A model generated the notes under the pieces. The model searched no databases and was not told the DNA's origin. It worked only from the letters and a program-made list of their open reading frames with translations. A stretch of DNA of 64,000 nt from an uncultured Oscillospiraceae bacterium (GTDB lineage: Bacteria > Bacillota > Clostridia > Oscillospirales > Oscillospiraceae). The position numbers and the translations under genes were made by a program. Within the stretch, counting starts at the first letter, position 1. The number at the start of each line of letters is the position of its first letter. Shown here piece after piece: positions 37,330-46,156 of this stretch. The DNA lies in assembly GCA_944385465.1 (NCBI GenBank), contig CALWXH010000002.1, positions 13,569-77,568 on the forward strand, read 5' to 3'.

Positions 37330-38205
37330 ATGGCGCAGCGTAGGACGGATCTGGCCCGGGAGGCCCACGGGCTCTGGCGGGAGCGGGCGGGGGCGGGGGC
37401 CAGGCTGGCCGGCGTCCGGTCCCACACCGGGCGGGAGCAGGGCTTTGAGACCCACACGGTGGAGGTGCTGGATGAGCGGGGGGCCAGGGAGCTGGGCAAG
37501 CCCCCGGGGCGGTACGTCACCCTGGAGCTGGACGGCCTGCTGCGCCGGGAGGAGGGGGCCTTTTCCCGGGCGGCGACGGCGCTGGCGGCCCTGCTGCGGC
37601 CCATGGTGCCGGAGCGGGGGGAGGCTTTGGTGGTGGGGCTGGGCAACCGGGCCATCACCCCGGACCTGGTGGGGCCGCTGGCGGTGGAGCACACCCTGGT
37701 GACCCGCCACCTGGTGGAGCGGCTGGAGGGCTTCGGCCATCTGCGGCCGGTGGCCGCCCTGGCGGCGGGGGTGCTGGCCACCACCGGGGTGGAGAGTGCG
37801 GCGATGGTCCAGGCGGTGTGCGCCCGGCTGCGGCCGGCCTGCGTCATCGCGGTGGACGCGCTGGCATCCCGGTCGGTGGAGCGGCTGTGCCGGACGGTGC
37901 AGCTGGCGGACACCGGCATTGTCCCCGGCTCCGGGGTGGGCAACCACCGCATGGCCCTGAGCCGGGAGACCCTGGGGGTGCCGGTGCTGGCGGTGGGGGT
38001 GCCCACCGTGGTGGAGGCGGCCACCCTGGCCCTGGACCTGCTGGGCCGGGAGGACGGGGCGCAGCTGCCCGGGGACGGGCTGTTCGTCACCCCCCGGGAG
38101 GTGGACAGCCGGGTGGCCGACCTGGCCCGGGTCATCGGCTATGGGGTGAGCCTGGCCCTGAACCCGGAGCTGAGCGTGGAGGAGCTGACCATGCTGCTGG
38201 AGTGA
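37330..38205 (+). CDS. gpr: GPR germination (spore) endopeptidase
   Basis: A25 peptidase blocks GLGNRAITPD and ADTGIVPGSGVGN. The conserved rpsT-gpr divergent arrangement of endospore formers is present. Confidence 0.85.
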   Translation: MAQRRTDLAREAHGLWRERAGAGARLAGVRSHTGREQGFETHTVEVLDERGARELGKPPGRYVTLELDGLLRREEGAFSRAATALAALLRPMVPERGEALVVGLGNRAITPDLVGPLAVEHTLVTRHLVERLEGFGHLRPVAALAAGVLATTGVESAAMVQAVCARLRPACVIAVDALASRSVERLCRTVQLADTGIVPGSGVGNHRMALSRETLGVPVLAVGVPTVVEAATLALDLLGREDGAQLPGDGLFVTPREVDSRVADLARVIGYGVSLALNPELSVEELTMLLE

Positions 38206-38307
38206 CCCCCGGGGGGCGGAAAATTCCGGTTGTTCTTTTTTCAAGGCTCTGGTATACTGAGGGGTAAGCATACCTAATCATCCGAGAAAAGAGAGGAGGG
38301 CGGCTGC

Positions 38308-39183
38308 GTGAAAGGTGCCTTTCACCGCCTGGGGCAGACCCGGGGGATGGGCTATGTCAAGGAAGTGGCCGGCCTGTACTTCAGCAAGCGGGTGAGCCGG
38401 GCGGCGGCCGAGCTGGCCTATTTCCTGCTGCTGACCTTTTTCCCCATCTTCATCTGCCTGTCCGCCTTTGTGGAACGGCTGGACCTGAATCTGTCCGCCA
38501 TTCTGGAGCAGACCAACTACCTGCTGCCGGAGGGCGTGATCTCCGTGTTCCAGGAGTATCTGAACTACCTGAACGGGAACCTGTCCATGGCCATGTTCGT
38601 CACGGGGATCTTCCTGGCCATCCTGTTCGCCTCCGCCGCCATGCGGGGGCTGATGAACATCATGCACGAGATCTACGGCCGGGCCACCTTCCGGGGGATG
38701 CGCCAGCTGGGGGCCAGCCTGCTGTTCTCCGCCCTGCTGCTGGTGACGGTGTACCTGTCCCTGGCGGTGGTGGTCACCGGCAACTGGTTTTTCCACCTGC
38801 TGGGCGAGATGCTGGGGCTGGAGGATTTTGTGGACCGGTTCGGCACCTGGCAGTGGATGAAGTACGTGCTGCTCATTGCCATGGTGTTTTTGTTCATCCT
38901 GCTGCTCTACCGCTTTACCGCCCCCTGGGATAAGCCCAGGCCGCCGGTGGTGCCCGGGGCGGTGGGGGCGGCGGTGGCGCTGGCCATCGCCTCCATGATC
39001 TTTTCCGCCATCATGGGCAACTCCGCCCGGTACTCCCTGGTGTACGGCTCGCTGACGTCGGTGATCATCCTGCTGGTCTGGCTGTACCTGTGCGGGAATA
39101 TCCTCATCATGGGTAATGTGGCCAACTACGTCATCTACTGCCACCGGAAGCAGAAGCGGGAGAAGCAGCAGAAAAAAGCGTGA
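38308..39183 (+). CDS. YihY/BrkB (virulence factor BrkB) family membrane protein
   Basis: AAELAYFLLLTFFPIFI motif and 6 TM segments. GTG start behind GAGAGGAGGG. Confidence 0.8.
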   Translation: MKGAFHRLGQTRGMGYVKEVAGLYFSKRVSRAAAELAYFLLLTFFPIFICLSAFVERLDLNLSAILEQTNYLLPEGVISVFQEYLNYLNGNLSMAMFVTGIFLAILFASAAMRGLMNIMHEIYGRATFRGMRQLGASLLFSALLLVTVYLSLAVVVTGNWFFHLLGEMLGLEDFVDRFGTWQWMKYVLLIAMVFLFILLLYRFTAPWDKPRPPVVPGAVGAAVALAIASMIFSAIMGNSARYSLVYGSLTSVIILLVWLYLCGNILIMGNVANYVIYCHRKQKREKQQKKA

Positions 39184-39291
39184 ACACGGGAACAGCGGCG
39201 GCGTCTGCGGACGCCGCCGCTGTATCTGCCCCGCGCATAAACCGGGGTGAAACCAGGCAAGCTATCCCCATCAAGACAGGGGGCGAGGGTC

Positions 39292-39753
39292 ATGTGGCAG
39301 ATCGGGGTGTGGGAGCGCAGCGAAGGGCTGGCCGAAGGGGTGACGGACCTGGCCCCGGAGGGGACGGCCCTGGTGCGGGCCTGCCGCCATCCGGCCCTGC
39401 TGGCGGGGGTGAAGCTGGACCTGCTGGTGGTGTCCCCGGGGGCCATGGGCTGGGCCGGCGCGCCGGCCCTGTGCTGCCACACCGCCCTGCTGCCCGGGGG
39501 GCTGTCCGCCCTCACCCGGGCGCTGCCGGCGGAGACGGTGGTGAGCTACGGTTCGGCCAGCCGCAATACCCTCACCCTGTCCAGCCTGGAGGAACACCGG
39601 GCGGCGGTGGCGGTCCAGCGGGAGTTCATCGCCCTGGACGGCCGGGCGGTGGAGCGCCAGGAGCTGGTGCTGCCCTACGACGGCTCGCCGCCGGAGCTGT
39701 TTCTGGTGCTGGCGGGGGCGGCGCTGCTGCTGGGCAGGCTGCCGGAGGAGTGA
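39292..39753 (+). CDS. hypothetical protein
   Basis: 153 aa (MWQIGVWERSEG...) with coding-like periodicity and a terminator right after. No family recognised. Confidence 0.5.
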   Translation: MWQIGVWERSEGLAEGVTDLAPEGTALVRACRHPALLAGVKLDLLVVSPGAMGWAGAPALCCHTALLPGGLSALTRALPAETVVSYGSASRNTLTLSSLEEHRAAVAVQREFIALDGRAVERQELVLPYDGSPPELFLVLAGAALLLGRLPEE

Positions 39754-39768
39754 GAAGGCCGGAAACAC

Positions 39769-39800
39769 GCGCCCTGCTTCCTGGGAAGCAGGGCGCTTTT
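39769..39800 (+). terminator. intrinsic terminator
   Basis: GCGCCCTGCTTCC-TGG-GAAGCAGGGCGC then TTTT. Confidence 0.85.
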
Positions 39801-39925
39801 CTGTATGCCCTGCGACTTGTTTTGCGCCCCGATTCATGATATAGTAGTAGCCCAATGGCCCGCCGCGGCGGGAGCATCAACCAAACGGCGGAATTTGCCG
39901 CCTGACCATATGGAGGGACCTGACA

Positions 39926-41338
39926 TTGAACCGAACCACCCCTGTGATTCCCCAGGAAGAGATCGCCCGGCAGCGGGCGTACTGCGCCGAAATCCGCGCC
40001 CTCAACGCCCGGCTGGAGCGCGCCCCTGCCGCCTATGTGGACACCTACGGCTGCCAGCAGAACGAGGCGGACTCGGAGCTGCTGCGGGGCATGCTGGCCG
40101 AGATGGGCTATGAGATCGTGGATACGGACCGGGACGCCGATGTGATCGTCATCAACACCTGCGCCATCCGGGAGCACGCCGAGCAGCGGGTGCTGGGCAA
40201 TGTGGGCGCTCTGGTCCACGGCAAGCGGCGCAAGCCGGAGCAGATCATCTGCCTGTGCGGCTGCATGGCCCGGGAGCAGCACGTGGCGGACAAGCTGCGC
40301 CAGTCCTACCGCCATGTGGATCTGGTGTTTGGCCCCCAGGTGCTCTGGCGCTTTCCCGAGCTGCTGCGCCGGGTGATCACCCGCCGGGGCCGGGTGTTTG
40401 AGACGGGGGACGTGCCCGGGGCCATCGCCGAGGGCCTGCCGGTGCGCCGCTCGGGCAGGGTGAAGGCCTGGGTGTCCATCATGTACGGGTGCAACAACTT
40501 CTGCACCTACTGCATCGTCCCCTACGTCCGGGGGCGGGAGCGCAGCCGGGAGCCGGAGGCCATCCTGGCGGAGATCCGCCAGCTGGTGGAGGAGGGCTAT
40601 AAGGACATCACCCTGCTGGGCCAGAACGTGAACTCCTACGGCAAGGACCTGGGGGAGGGCGTGGACTTCCCCGACCTGCTGGAGCGGGCGGCGGCCATCC
40701 CCGGGGACTTTCTGCTGCGCTTCATGACCAGCCACCCCAAGGACGCCACCGAGAAGCTCTTTGACGTGATGGCCCGGTGCGAGAAGGTGGCCCCGGTGAT
40801 CCATCTGCCCTTCCAGTCGGGCAACAGCCGGGTGCTGTCGGCCATGAACCGCCGGTACACCCGGGAGCAGTACCTGGAGAAGGTGCGGGCCCTGCGGGCG
40901 CGCATCCCGGATGTGGTGCTCACCAGCGACGTGATCGTGGGCTTCCCCGGGGAGACCACGGAGGAGTTTGAGGACACCCTGTCCCTCATCCAGGAGGTGC
41001 GCTTTGACGCGCTGTTCACCTTCATCTACTCCCCCCGGAAGGGCACCCCGGCGGCGCAGCTGCCTGACCCCATGTCCAAGGAGGAGAAGTCGGCCAACTT
41101 CGACCGGCTGGTGGAGGAGCAGAACCGCATCTCCCTGGAGAAGCATCAGGCGTACATCGGCACGGTGCAGCGCTGCCTGGTGGACGGGCTCAGCGACGAC
41201 CCCCGGAACAATCTGAACGCCCGCACCCCCGGCGGGCGGCTGGTCCACCTCAGCGGCGACCCCGCCCTGGTGGGGCAGTTCGTGGACGTGGAGATCGTGG
41301 ACTGCTCCACCTGGGCGCTGTTTGGCGAGAAGCGCTGA
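39926..41338 (+). CDS. miaB: tRNA-2-methylthio-N6-dimethylallyladenosine synthase
   Basis: UPF0004 domain YVDTYGCQQNEADSE, radical SAM cluster CNNFCTYC and C-terminal TRAM domain. TTG start 7 nt after GGAGGGA. Confidence 0.9.
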   Translation: MNRTTPVIPQEEIARQRAYCAEIRALNARLERAPAAYVDTYGCQQNEADSELLRGMLAEMGYEIVDTDRDADVIVINTCAIREHAEQRVLGNVGALVHGKRRKPEQIICLCGCMAREQHVADKLRQSYRHVDLVFGPQVLWRFPELLRRVITRRGRVFETGDVPGAIAEGLPVRRSGRVKAWVSIMYGCNNFCTYCIVPYVRGRERSREPEAILAEIRQLVEEGYKDITLLGQNVNSYGKDLGEGVDFPDLLERAAAIPGDFLLRFMTSHPKDATEKLFDVMARCEKVAPVIHLPFQSGNSRVLSAMNRRYTREQYLEKVRALRARIPDVVLTSDVIVGFPGETTEEFEDTLSLIQEVRFDALFTFIYSPRKGTPAAQLPDPMSKEEKSANFDRLVEEQNRISLEKHQAYIGTVQRCLVDGLSDDPRNNLNARTPGGRLVHLSGDPALVGQFVDVEIVDCSTWALFGEKR

Positions 41339-42300
41339 GCCGTTGCGAGCAGCCCGGATGGACCGGAGCGAGGGCGAGCGGAGGGCCGCGCAGCGGCCCG
41401 CAGACCAGCCCGAGTCGAAGGGAAGCCGGGCGTCGCGAGCAGGCGAGGCGTGACACCAGAGAAGCGCTGAGCCAAGGATTCCGCCGCCTGCGGGCGGCGG
41501 GCGCTCCGCTGGGGGGCTTCCCTTTCGCCGGAGGGTTCCGGAAAATCTTTCAACTTGTCGGGTCCCGCCCCGACAGGCGGGGTACTTTCTCTTGCGCAAG
41601 AGAAAGTACCCAAAGAGTGCGCATAGGGGGCGAACCCCCTATGTACCCCCTGTTCAGTAGACCTGCCAACATCTCTTTCCGGCGTGCGTGACCCGCGGCT
41701 GCGCCGGTTCCATCGACGGCCTCCGGCCTGCTGCGTCCGTATGCTTTGGTGCCTGCGGCCCAGGTGACACGCCTCCACTGGCAGGGCCCTTCGGTGCCTG
41801 CGCCGTTAGAGGTGCAGGCTCGCAGGCTTGAACACCAAGAGCAGGCGCCCATAGGCGGGGAACGGGGTGACAAGTCACCTGCGCAAAAGGCCGGGGGCCG
41901 CCGTGCGTGGCAGGGAGTGTCAGCAGGAGGACGCCGGTCGTTAGAGTGACGCACCAATTCTGCTCTCCCGCTTTGGGGCCCCCGCCGAAACCCAGCGTCA
42001 GCGGTTTCGGTGGGGAGAGGACGAGCAAGGAAGCGAAGCGCAGTTTTCGCCGCCCTTGGGCGGAAACGAAGCTAAGCGGACTTTGCGAGGACGAGGGGGT
42101 TCTTAGGGAGAAAAATCCTGGAGGACGCCCTTTGTCCGATGGATTTGTCCCCCTAAGCGGGCTTTTGCCTACTTTTCTCCCGCGAGAAAAGTAGGTCGCC
42201 CTCAGGCGAAACCTGAGACGCGCCCGCCGGTGCGGGAACCGGCAAAAGTCCGGGGCTCCGGGGGCAGCGCCCCCAGGGCCAAAGAAAGCGCAGAGCCGCG
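41339..42300. repeat. mosaic intergenic repeat cluster L1 (modules C+, E+, core+, D+, B+, A+)
   Basis: About 960 bp without credible coding. It shares long blocks with 46157..47006 and 62018..62868 (see findings for module coordinates). Confidence 0.85.
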
Positions 42301-42334
42301 CGGCGGCCAGATTCATCCAGAAAGGACTCGTGCT

Positions 42335-42838
42335 ATGACCCAACGGGATCTTGTCCTGCGGGGGGCGGCCTACGGCGTGGCCCTGGCCCTGATCACAATT
42401 GTAAATTATTATGTGCTGGGGCTGCTGCCCATCCCCCTGCCCCTGATGCTCCCCGCCGCCGCGGTGGCGGTGGGGGCGCTGGAGGGGGAGAAGTTCGCCG
42501 CGGGTTTCGGCCTGGCGGCGGGGCTGCTCATGGCCACGGCGGGCCACGCCAGCCTGCTGGTGATCCCCGTGCTCACCGCGGCGGGGTGGATGACCAGCCT
42601 GCTCACCCAGCATGTGCTGCGCCGGGATCTGGTGGGCCACCTGCTGTGTATGCTGATTTTGCTGCTGGCCTGGGAGCTGTGCCAGACGGGCAGCCGCTGG
42701 CTGGCCGGCACGGCGGGGCCGGCGGCCCTGCTGCGGGTGGCGGGGCCGGAGCTGCTGTGTTCGCTGGTGTGCTCCCTGCCGGTCTACTGGGTGGGGCGGG
42801 TGTGCTGCCGCGGCTACGGGAGAATCTATCATGAATAA
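42335..42838 (+). CDS. mreD: MreD-like rod-shape membrane protein
   Basis: 167 aa with 4-5 TM segments. It sits directly upstream of, and overlaps, the PBP2 gene. No mreC lies upstream, so the assignment rests on position and size. Confidence 0.5.
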   Translation: MTQRDLVLRGAAYGVALALITIVNYYVLGLLPIPLPLMLPAAAVAVGALEGEKFAAGFGLAAGLLMATAGHASLLVIPVLTAAGWMTSLLTQHVLRRDLVGHLLCMLILLLAWELCQTGSRWLAGTAGPAALLRVAGPELLCSLVCSLPVYWVGRVCCRGYGRIYHE

Positions 42839-44951
42839 GTACCAGAAGGGTCACTATGGCTCCCGGGACGATCGGAAGCCCCATACGGAAGACGATAACC
42901 GCCGCCTCCAGGTGCGCACCGGGGTGCTGGTGGGCATTTTTGCCGCCATTCTGCTGGCTTTTGCCGCGGTGCTCTACCAGACGCAGATCGTCCACGGGAA
43001 GGACTATCTGGACCGGGCCTTCACCAGCGTGCAGCAGGTGGAGACGGTGGAGAGCGTCCGGGGGGAGCTGCTGGACCGGTATGGCCGGGTGCTGGTGAGC
43101 AACGCCGTCAGCTACCACGTCACCCTGGACACCTCCCTCATGGGGGAGGGGCGCAACGAGACCCTCTCCCGCCTGCTGGAGCTGTGCCGGGAGCAGGGGG
43201 TGGAGTGGACCGACTCCCTGCCCGTCAGCGCCGGTGCCCCCTGGCGGTACACCAAAACGGACAGCCTCTTCTGCTACCAGTACGAGGATGACGAAGGCGT
43301 CACCCAAACGGCAGCCACCAACTTGGGGGAGCTGGCGGAGGACTGCGGCTGGGTGGAGGACGCCCGGCGGGCGGACCTCACCGCCCAGGAGCTGCTGTCC
43401 GCCATGGCGGACACCTTCGGCCTGGAGCGGGAGGGACAGGCCCTCACCCAGGCCGACCGGCAGTTGCTGGGGGTGCTGTATGAGCTCTATCTGCGGCGGT
43501 ATGAGGTGGTGAACACCCAGTATACCTTTGCCCGGGATGTGGACATCGCCTTTATCTCCAGAGTGAAGGAGCAGGGCCTCACCGGCGTGGTGATTGAGAC
43601 GGACACCGCCCGGCAGTACCACACCGACGTGGCCCCCCACGTGCTGGGCACCACCGGGGCCATCACCGCCGAGAACTGGCCAACCTATCAGGAGCTGGGC
43701 TATCCCATGGACGCGGTGGTGGGCCGGGACGGGGTGGAGCTGGCCTTTGAGGAGTACCTCCACGGGGCCAGCGGCCGCCGGGCCGTTGAGACGGACGACA
43801 GCGGCAAGATCGTCACCCAGGAGTGGCTGGAGGAGCCGGAGCCGGGGGACAACGTGGTGCTCACCCTGGACGCCAGCCTTCAGGCGGTGACGGAGGACTA
43901 CCTGGCCGACTTCATCCAGGGCCTGGATGACCCCGCCGGCGGCGCCGCCGTGGTGATGGACATGACCGGCGGGGTGCTGGCCATGGCCTCCTACCCGGAC
44001 TTTGACCTGGCCACCTACGGGCAGGATTACAGCCAGCTGGTCTCGGACGAGGCCCACCCGCTGCTCAACCGGGCCACCCGCGGCCTGTACGCCCCGGGGT
44101 CCACCTTCAAGATGGTCTCGGCGGTGGCGGGGCTGGCCAGCGGGGTCATCACCGCGACGGATCAGGTGGAGTGCACCGGCTACTACTCCTACTACGGCAC
44201 CACCCAGCGGTGCTGGATCGCCCCCGGCCGCCACGGGCTGGAGAACGTGACCCAGGCCATCACCGACTCCTGCAACGTCTTTTTCTATGACACCGCCGGG
44301 AAAATGGGGATCGCCACCCTGCGGGACTACGCCCGGCAGTTCGGCCTGGGGGAGTACACCGGCATCGAGCTCCCCGAGGAAAAGGGCCAGATGGCCGGGC
44401 CGGAGGCGGCGGAAGAGGCGGGCTACACCTGGTACGGCGGCGAGGTGCTCTCCGCTGCCATCGGCCAGAGCCTGAGCTTGTTCACCCCCATCCAGCTGGC
44501 CAACTATGTGGTCACCCTGGTGAACGGGGGCAGCCACTACCGGGCCCACCTGCTCAAAGAGGTCAAGTCCAGCGACTATAGCCGGGTGGTGTACGACTAC
44601 CAACCCGAGCTGCTCCACTCCATTGACATCGCCCCCGGCGATCTGAAGGCGGTGCTCCAGGGGATGTACGACCTGTCCAAGACCGCCTCCATGGCCCGGT
44701 ATTTCGACGGCCTCCCCGTGGAGGTGGGCTGCAAGACGGGCACCGCCGAGGTGGGGGCCGGCCGCACCGCCACCGCCACCTTCACCTGCTTTGCCCCCTA
44801 TGACGACCCCGAGGTGGTCATCTACCTGGTGGCGGAGAACGGATCCTCCGGCGGTGGCCTGGCCCAGGTGGCCGCGGGCATCCTGGCGCAGTATTTCTCC
44901 GGCGGGGACTCCCAGTCCGCCCCCGCCCGGGAGAACACCCTCATCCGGTAA
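42831..44951 (+). CDS. mrdA: penicillin-binding protein 2 (class B transpeptidase)
   Basis: N-terminal TM anchor, dimerisation domain, then STFK, SCN and KTGTA active-site motifs. Confidence 0.9.
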   Translation: MNKYQKGHYGSRDDRKPHTEDDNRRLQVRTGVLVGIFAAILLAFAAVLYQTQIVHGKDYLDRAFTSVQQVETVESVRGELLDRYGRVLVSNAVSYHVTLDTSLMGEGRNETLSRLLELCREQGVEWTDSLPVSAGAPWRYTKTDSLFCYQYEDDEGVTQTAATNLGELAEDCGWVEDARRADLTAQELLSAMADTFGLEREGQALTQADRQLLGVLYELYLRRYEVVNTQYTFARDVDIAFISRVKEQGLTGVVIETDTARQYHTDVAPHVLGTTGAITAENWPTYQELGYPMDAVVGRDGVELAFEEYLHGASGRRAVETDDSGKIVTQEWLEEPEPGDNVVLTLDASLQAVTEDYLADFIQGLDDPAGGAAVVMDMTGGVLAMASYPDFDLATYGQDYSQLVSDEAHPLLNRATRGLYAPGSTFKMVSAVAGLASGVITATDQVECTGYYSYYGTTQRCWIAPGRHGLENVTQAITDSCNVFFYDTAGKMGIATLRDYARQFGLGEYTGIELPEEKGQMAGPEAAEEAGYTWYGGEVLSAAIGQSLSLFTPIQLANYVVTLVNGGSHYRAHLLKEVKSSDYSRVVYDYQPELLHSIDIAPGDLKAVLQGMYDLSKTASMARYFDGLPVEVGCKTGTAEVGAGRTATATFTCFAPYDDPEVVIYLVAENGSSGGGLAQVAAGILAQYFSGGDSQSAPARENTLIR

Positions 44952-44969
44952 AAAAGTCAGATAACGCAG

Positions 44970-45010
44970 TCCGCCGCCCGGCGCTGAGCCGGGCGGCGGA
45001 TAATTTTTTT
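44970..45010. terminator. intrinsic terminator after PBP2
   Basis: TCCGCCGCCCGGC-GCTGA-GCCGGGCGGCGGA then TAATTTTTTT. Confidence 0.85.
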
Positions 45011-45088
45011 CGGCAATTTTCGCGGGGCGGAACTTGCGGGAAATCCGCCACAAGATGTCATACAGTTTTTGACAAGTCCAGCGGACAC

Positions 45089-45192
45089 ACAGCTTCCACA
45101 GCTTCCACAAAGTTTTCCACACCCGGCGGAAGGGCACGGATGGGGGAAATCCTGCAGAATCGGGTTGACATAAGAGACGTCAAGACTTTTCG
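45089..45192. repeat. conserved intergenic element, copy B (tandem TTCCACA 9-mers plus GACAT..ACGTC palindrome)
   Basis: AGCTTCCACA-GCTTCCACA-AA-GTTTTCCACA...GGGTTGACATAAGAGACGTCAAGA. The palindrome overlaps the mog stop codon. Confidence 0.7.
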
Positions 45193-45719
45193 CCCCGCTG
45201 ATTTTCACAAACTTGCCTGGCGGGGTCAGGGGCGGCGCAGTTGTGGGCGTTGCCCCGGAGGATGTCCAGGCCGTGCTCCAGGGCGGGCAGGATGCACGCC
45301 AGGGATTCCCGCACCGCCTTGGGGGAGCCGGGGAGGTTGACGATGAGGGTCTGCTTCCGGATGCCCGCCGCGGCCCGGCTGAGCATGGCCCGGTTGGTGA
45401 TCCGGGCGGACTCAGCCCGCATGGCCTCGGGGATGCCGGGGGTGGGCCGCTCCACCACGTCCATGGTGGCCTCCGGGGTGCAGTCCCGGGGGGAGAAACC
45501 GGTCCCCCCGGTGGTGACCACCAGGGCGGCGGTGTCCGTGTCGCACAGCCGCGCCAGCTCCCGGGCCAGCATGGCCCGGTCGTCGGGGAGCAGGGCGCAG
45601 TGGACCACCTGATAGCCCGCCTGCTCCAGAAGCTCCCGGGCGGCGGGGCCGGACAGGTCCTCCCGCTCCCCGGCCCAGCCGCTGTCGCTGGCGGTGATGA
45701 CTGCCGCTTTGTAGTTCAT
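45180..45719 (-). CDS. mog: MogA/MoaB-family molybdenum cofactor biosynthesis protein
   Basis: VVTTGGTGFSPRD and LIVNLPGSPKA motifs. Start at ATG 45719 (MNYKAAV). Confidence 0.85.
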   Translation of the reverse strand: MNYKAAVITASDSGWAGEREDLSGPAARELLEQAGYQVVHCALLPDDRAMLARELARLCDTDTAALVVTTGGTGFSPRDCTPEATMDVVERPTPGIPEAMRAESARITNRAMLSRAAAGIRKQTLIVNLPGSPKAVRESLACILPALEHGLDILRGNAHNCAAPDPARQVCENQRGEKS

Positions 45720-45721
45720 GT

Positions 45722-46156
45722 TCAGCCCTCCAGTACCGTCAGGGTGTCCCCCACGGAGATAGTCCCCCCGTGGAGCACCCGGGTGAACACGCCCTCGTGG
45801 GGCATGATGCACTCCCCCATTTTCTGAAAGATCTGGCACCCGTGGTGGCATTCCTTGCCGATCTGGGTCAGCTCCAGCACCACATCGTTGCACTGGAACT
45901 TAGTCCCGATGGGCAGGGCGCGGAAGTCGATGCCGGACACCACCAGGTTTTCCCCGAAGTCGCCGTCACGCACCTGGGCGCCCCTGGCCCGGAAGGCCTC
46001 GATCTTGTCCCAGCTCAGCAGGGACACCTGGCGGTGCCACTTGCCCGCGTGGGCGTCCCCCACAATGCCCCAGTCCTCCTGGAACCGGGCGGAGCCCACG
46101 TTGGTCTTCTGGGTGCCCTTGGCAGGGCTGGTGCACACGGCGATGACGTTGCCCAT
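45722..46156 (-). CDS. MOSC domain-containing protein
   Basis: 144 aa (MGNVIAVCTSPAKGTQK...GENLVVSGIDF...). Start at ATG 46156 behind AAGGAGGAA. The N-terminal part of ORF 45722..46405 lies in repeat sequence. Confidence 0.8.
   Translation of the reverse strand: MGNVIAVCTSPAKGTQKTNVGSARFQEDWGIVGDAHAGKWHRQVSLLSWDKIEAFRARGAQVRDGDFGENLVVSGIDFRALPIGTKFQCNDVVLELTQIGKECHHGCQIFQKMGECIMPHEGVFTRVLHGGTISVGDTLTVLEG

Noticed and set aside
41146-42832. ORFs across the repeat clusters: 41146..41778 (-), 41654..42832 (-), 46184..46690 (+), 46396..46695 (-), 62011..62484 (+) and 62091..62492 (-).
   Set aside because: The frames are not conserved between the three homologous copies, because indels and stops shift them. 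The translations are Arg/Pro/Gly-rich, no RBS is present, and the sequence is dominated by hairpins. They were treated as non-coding repeats.
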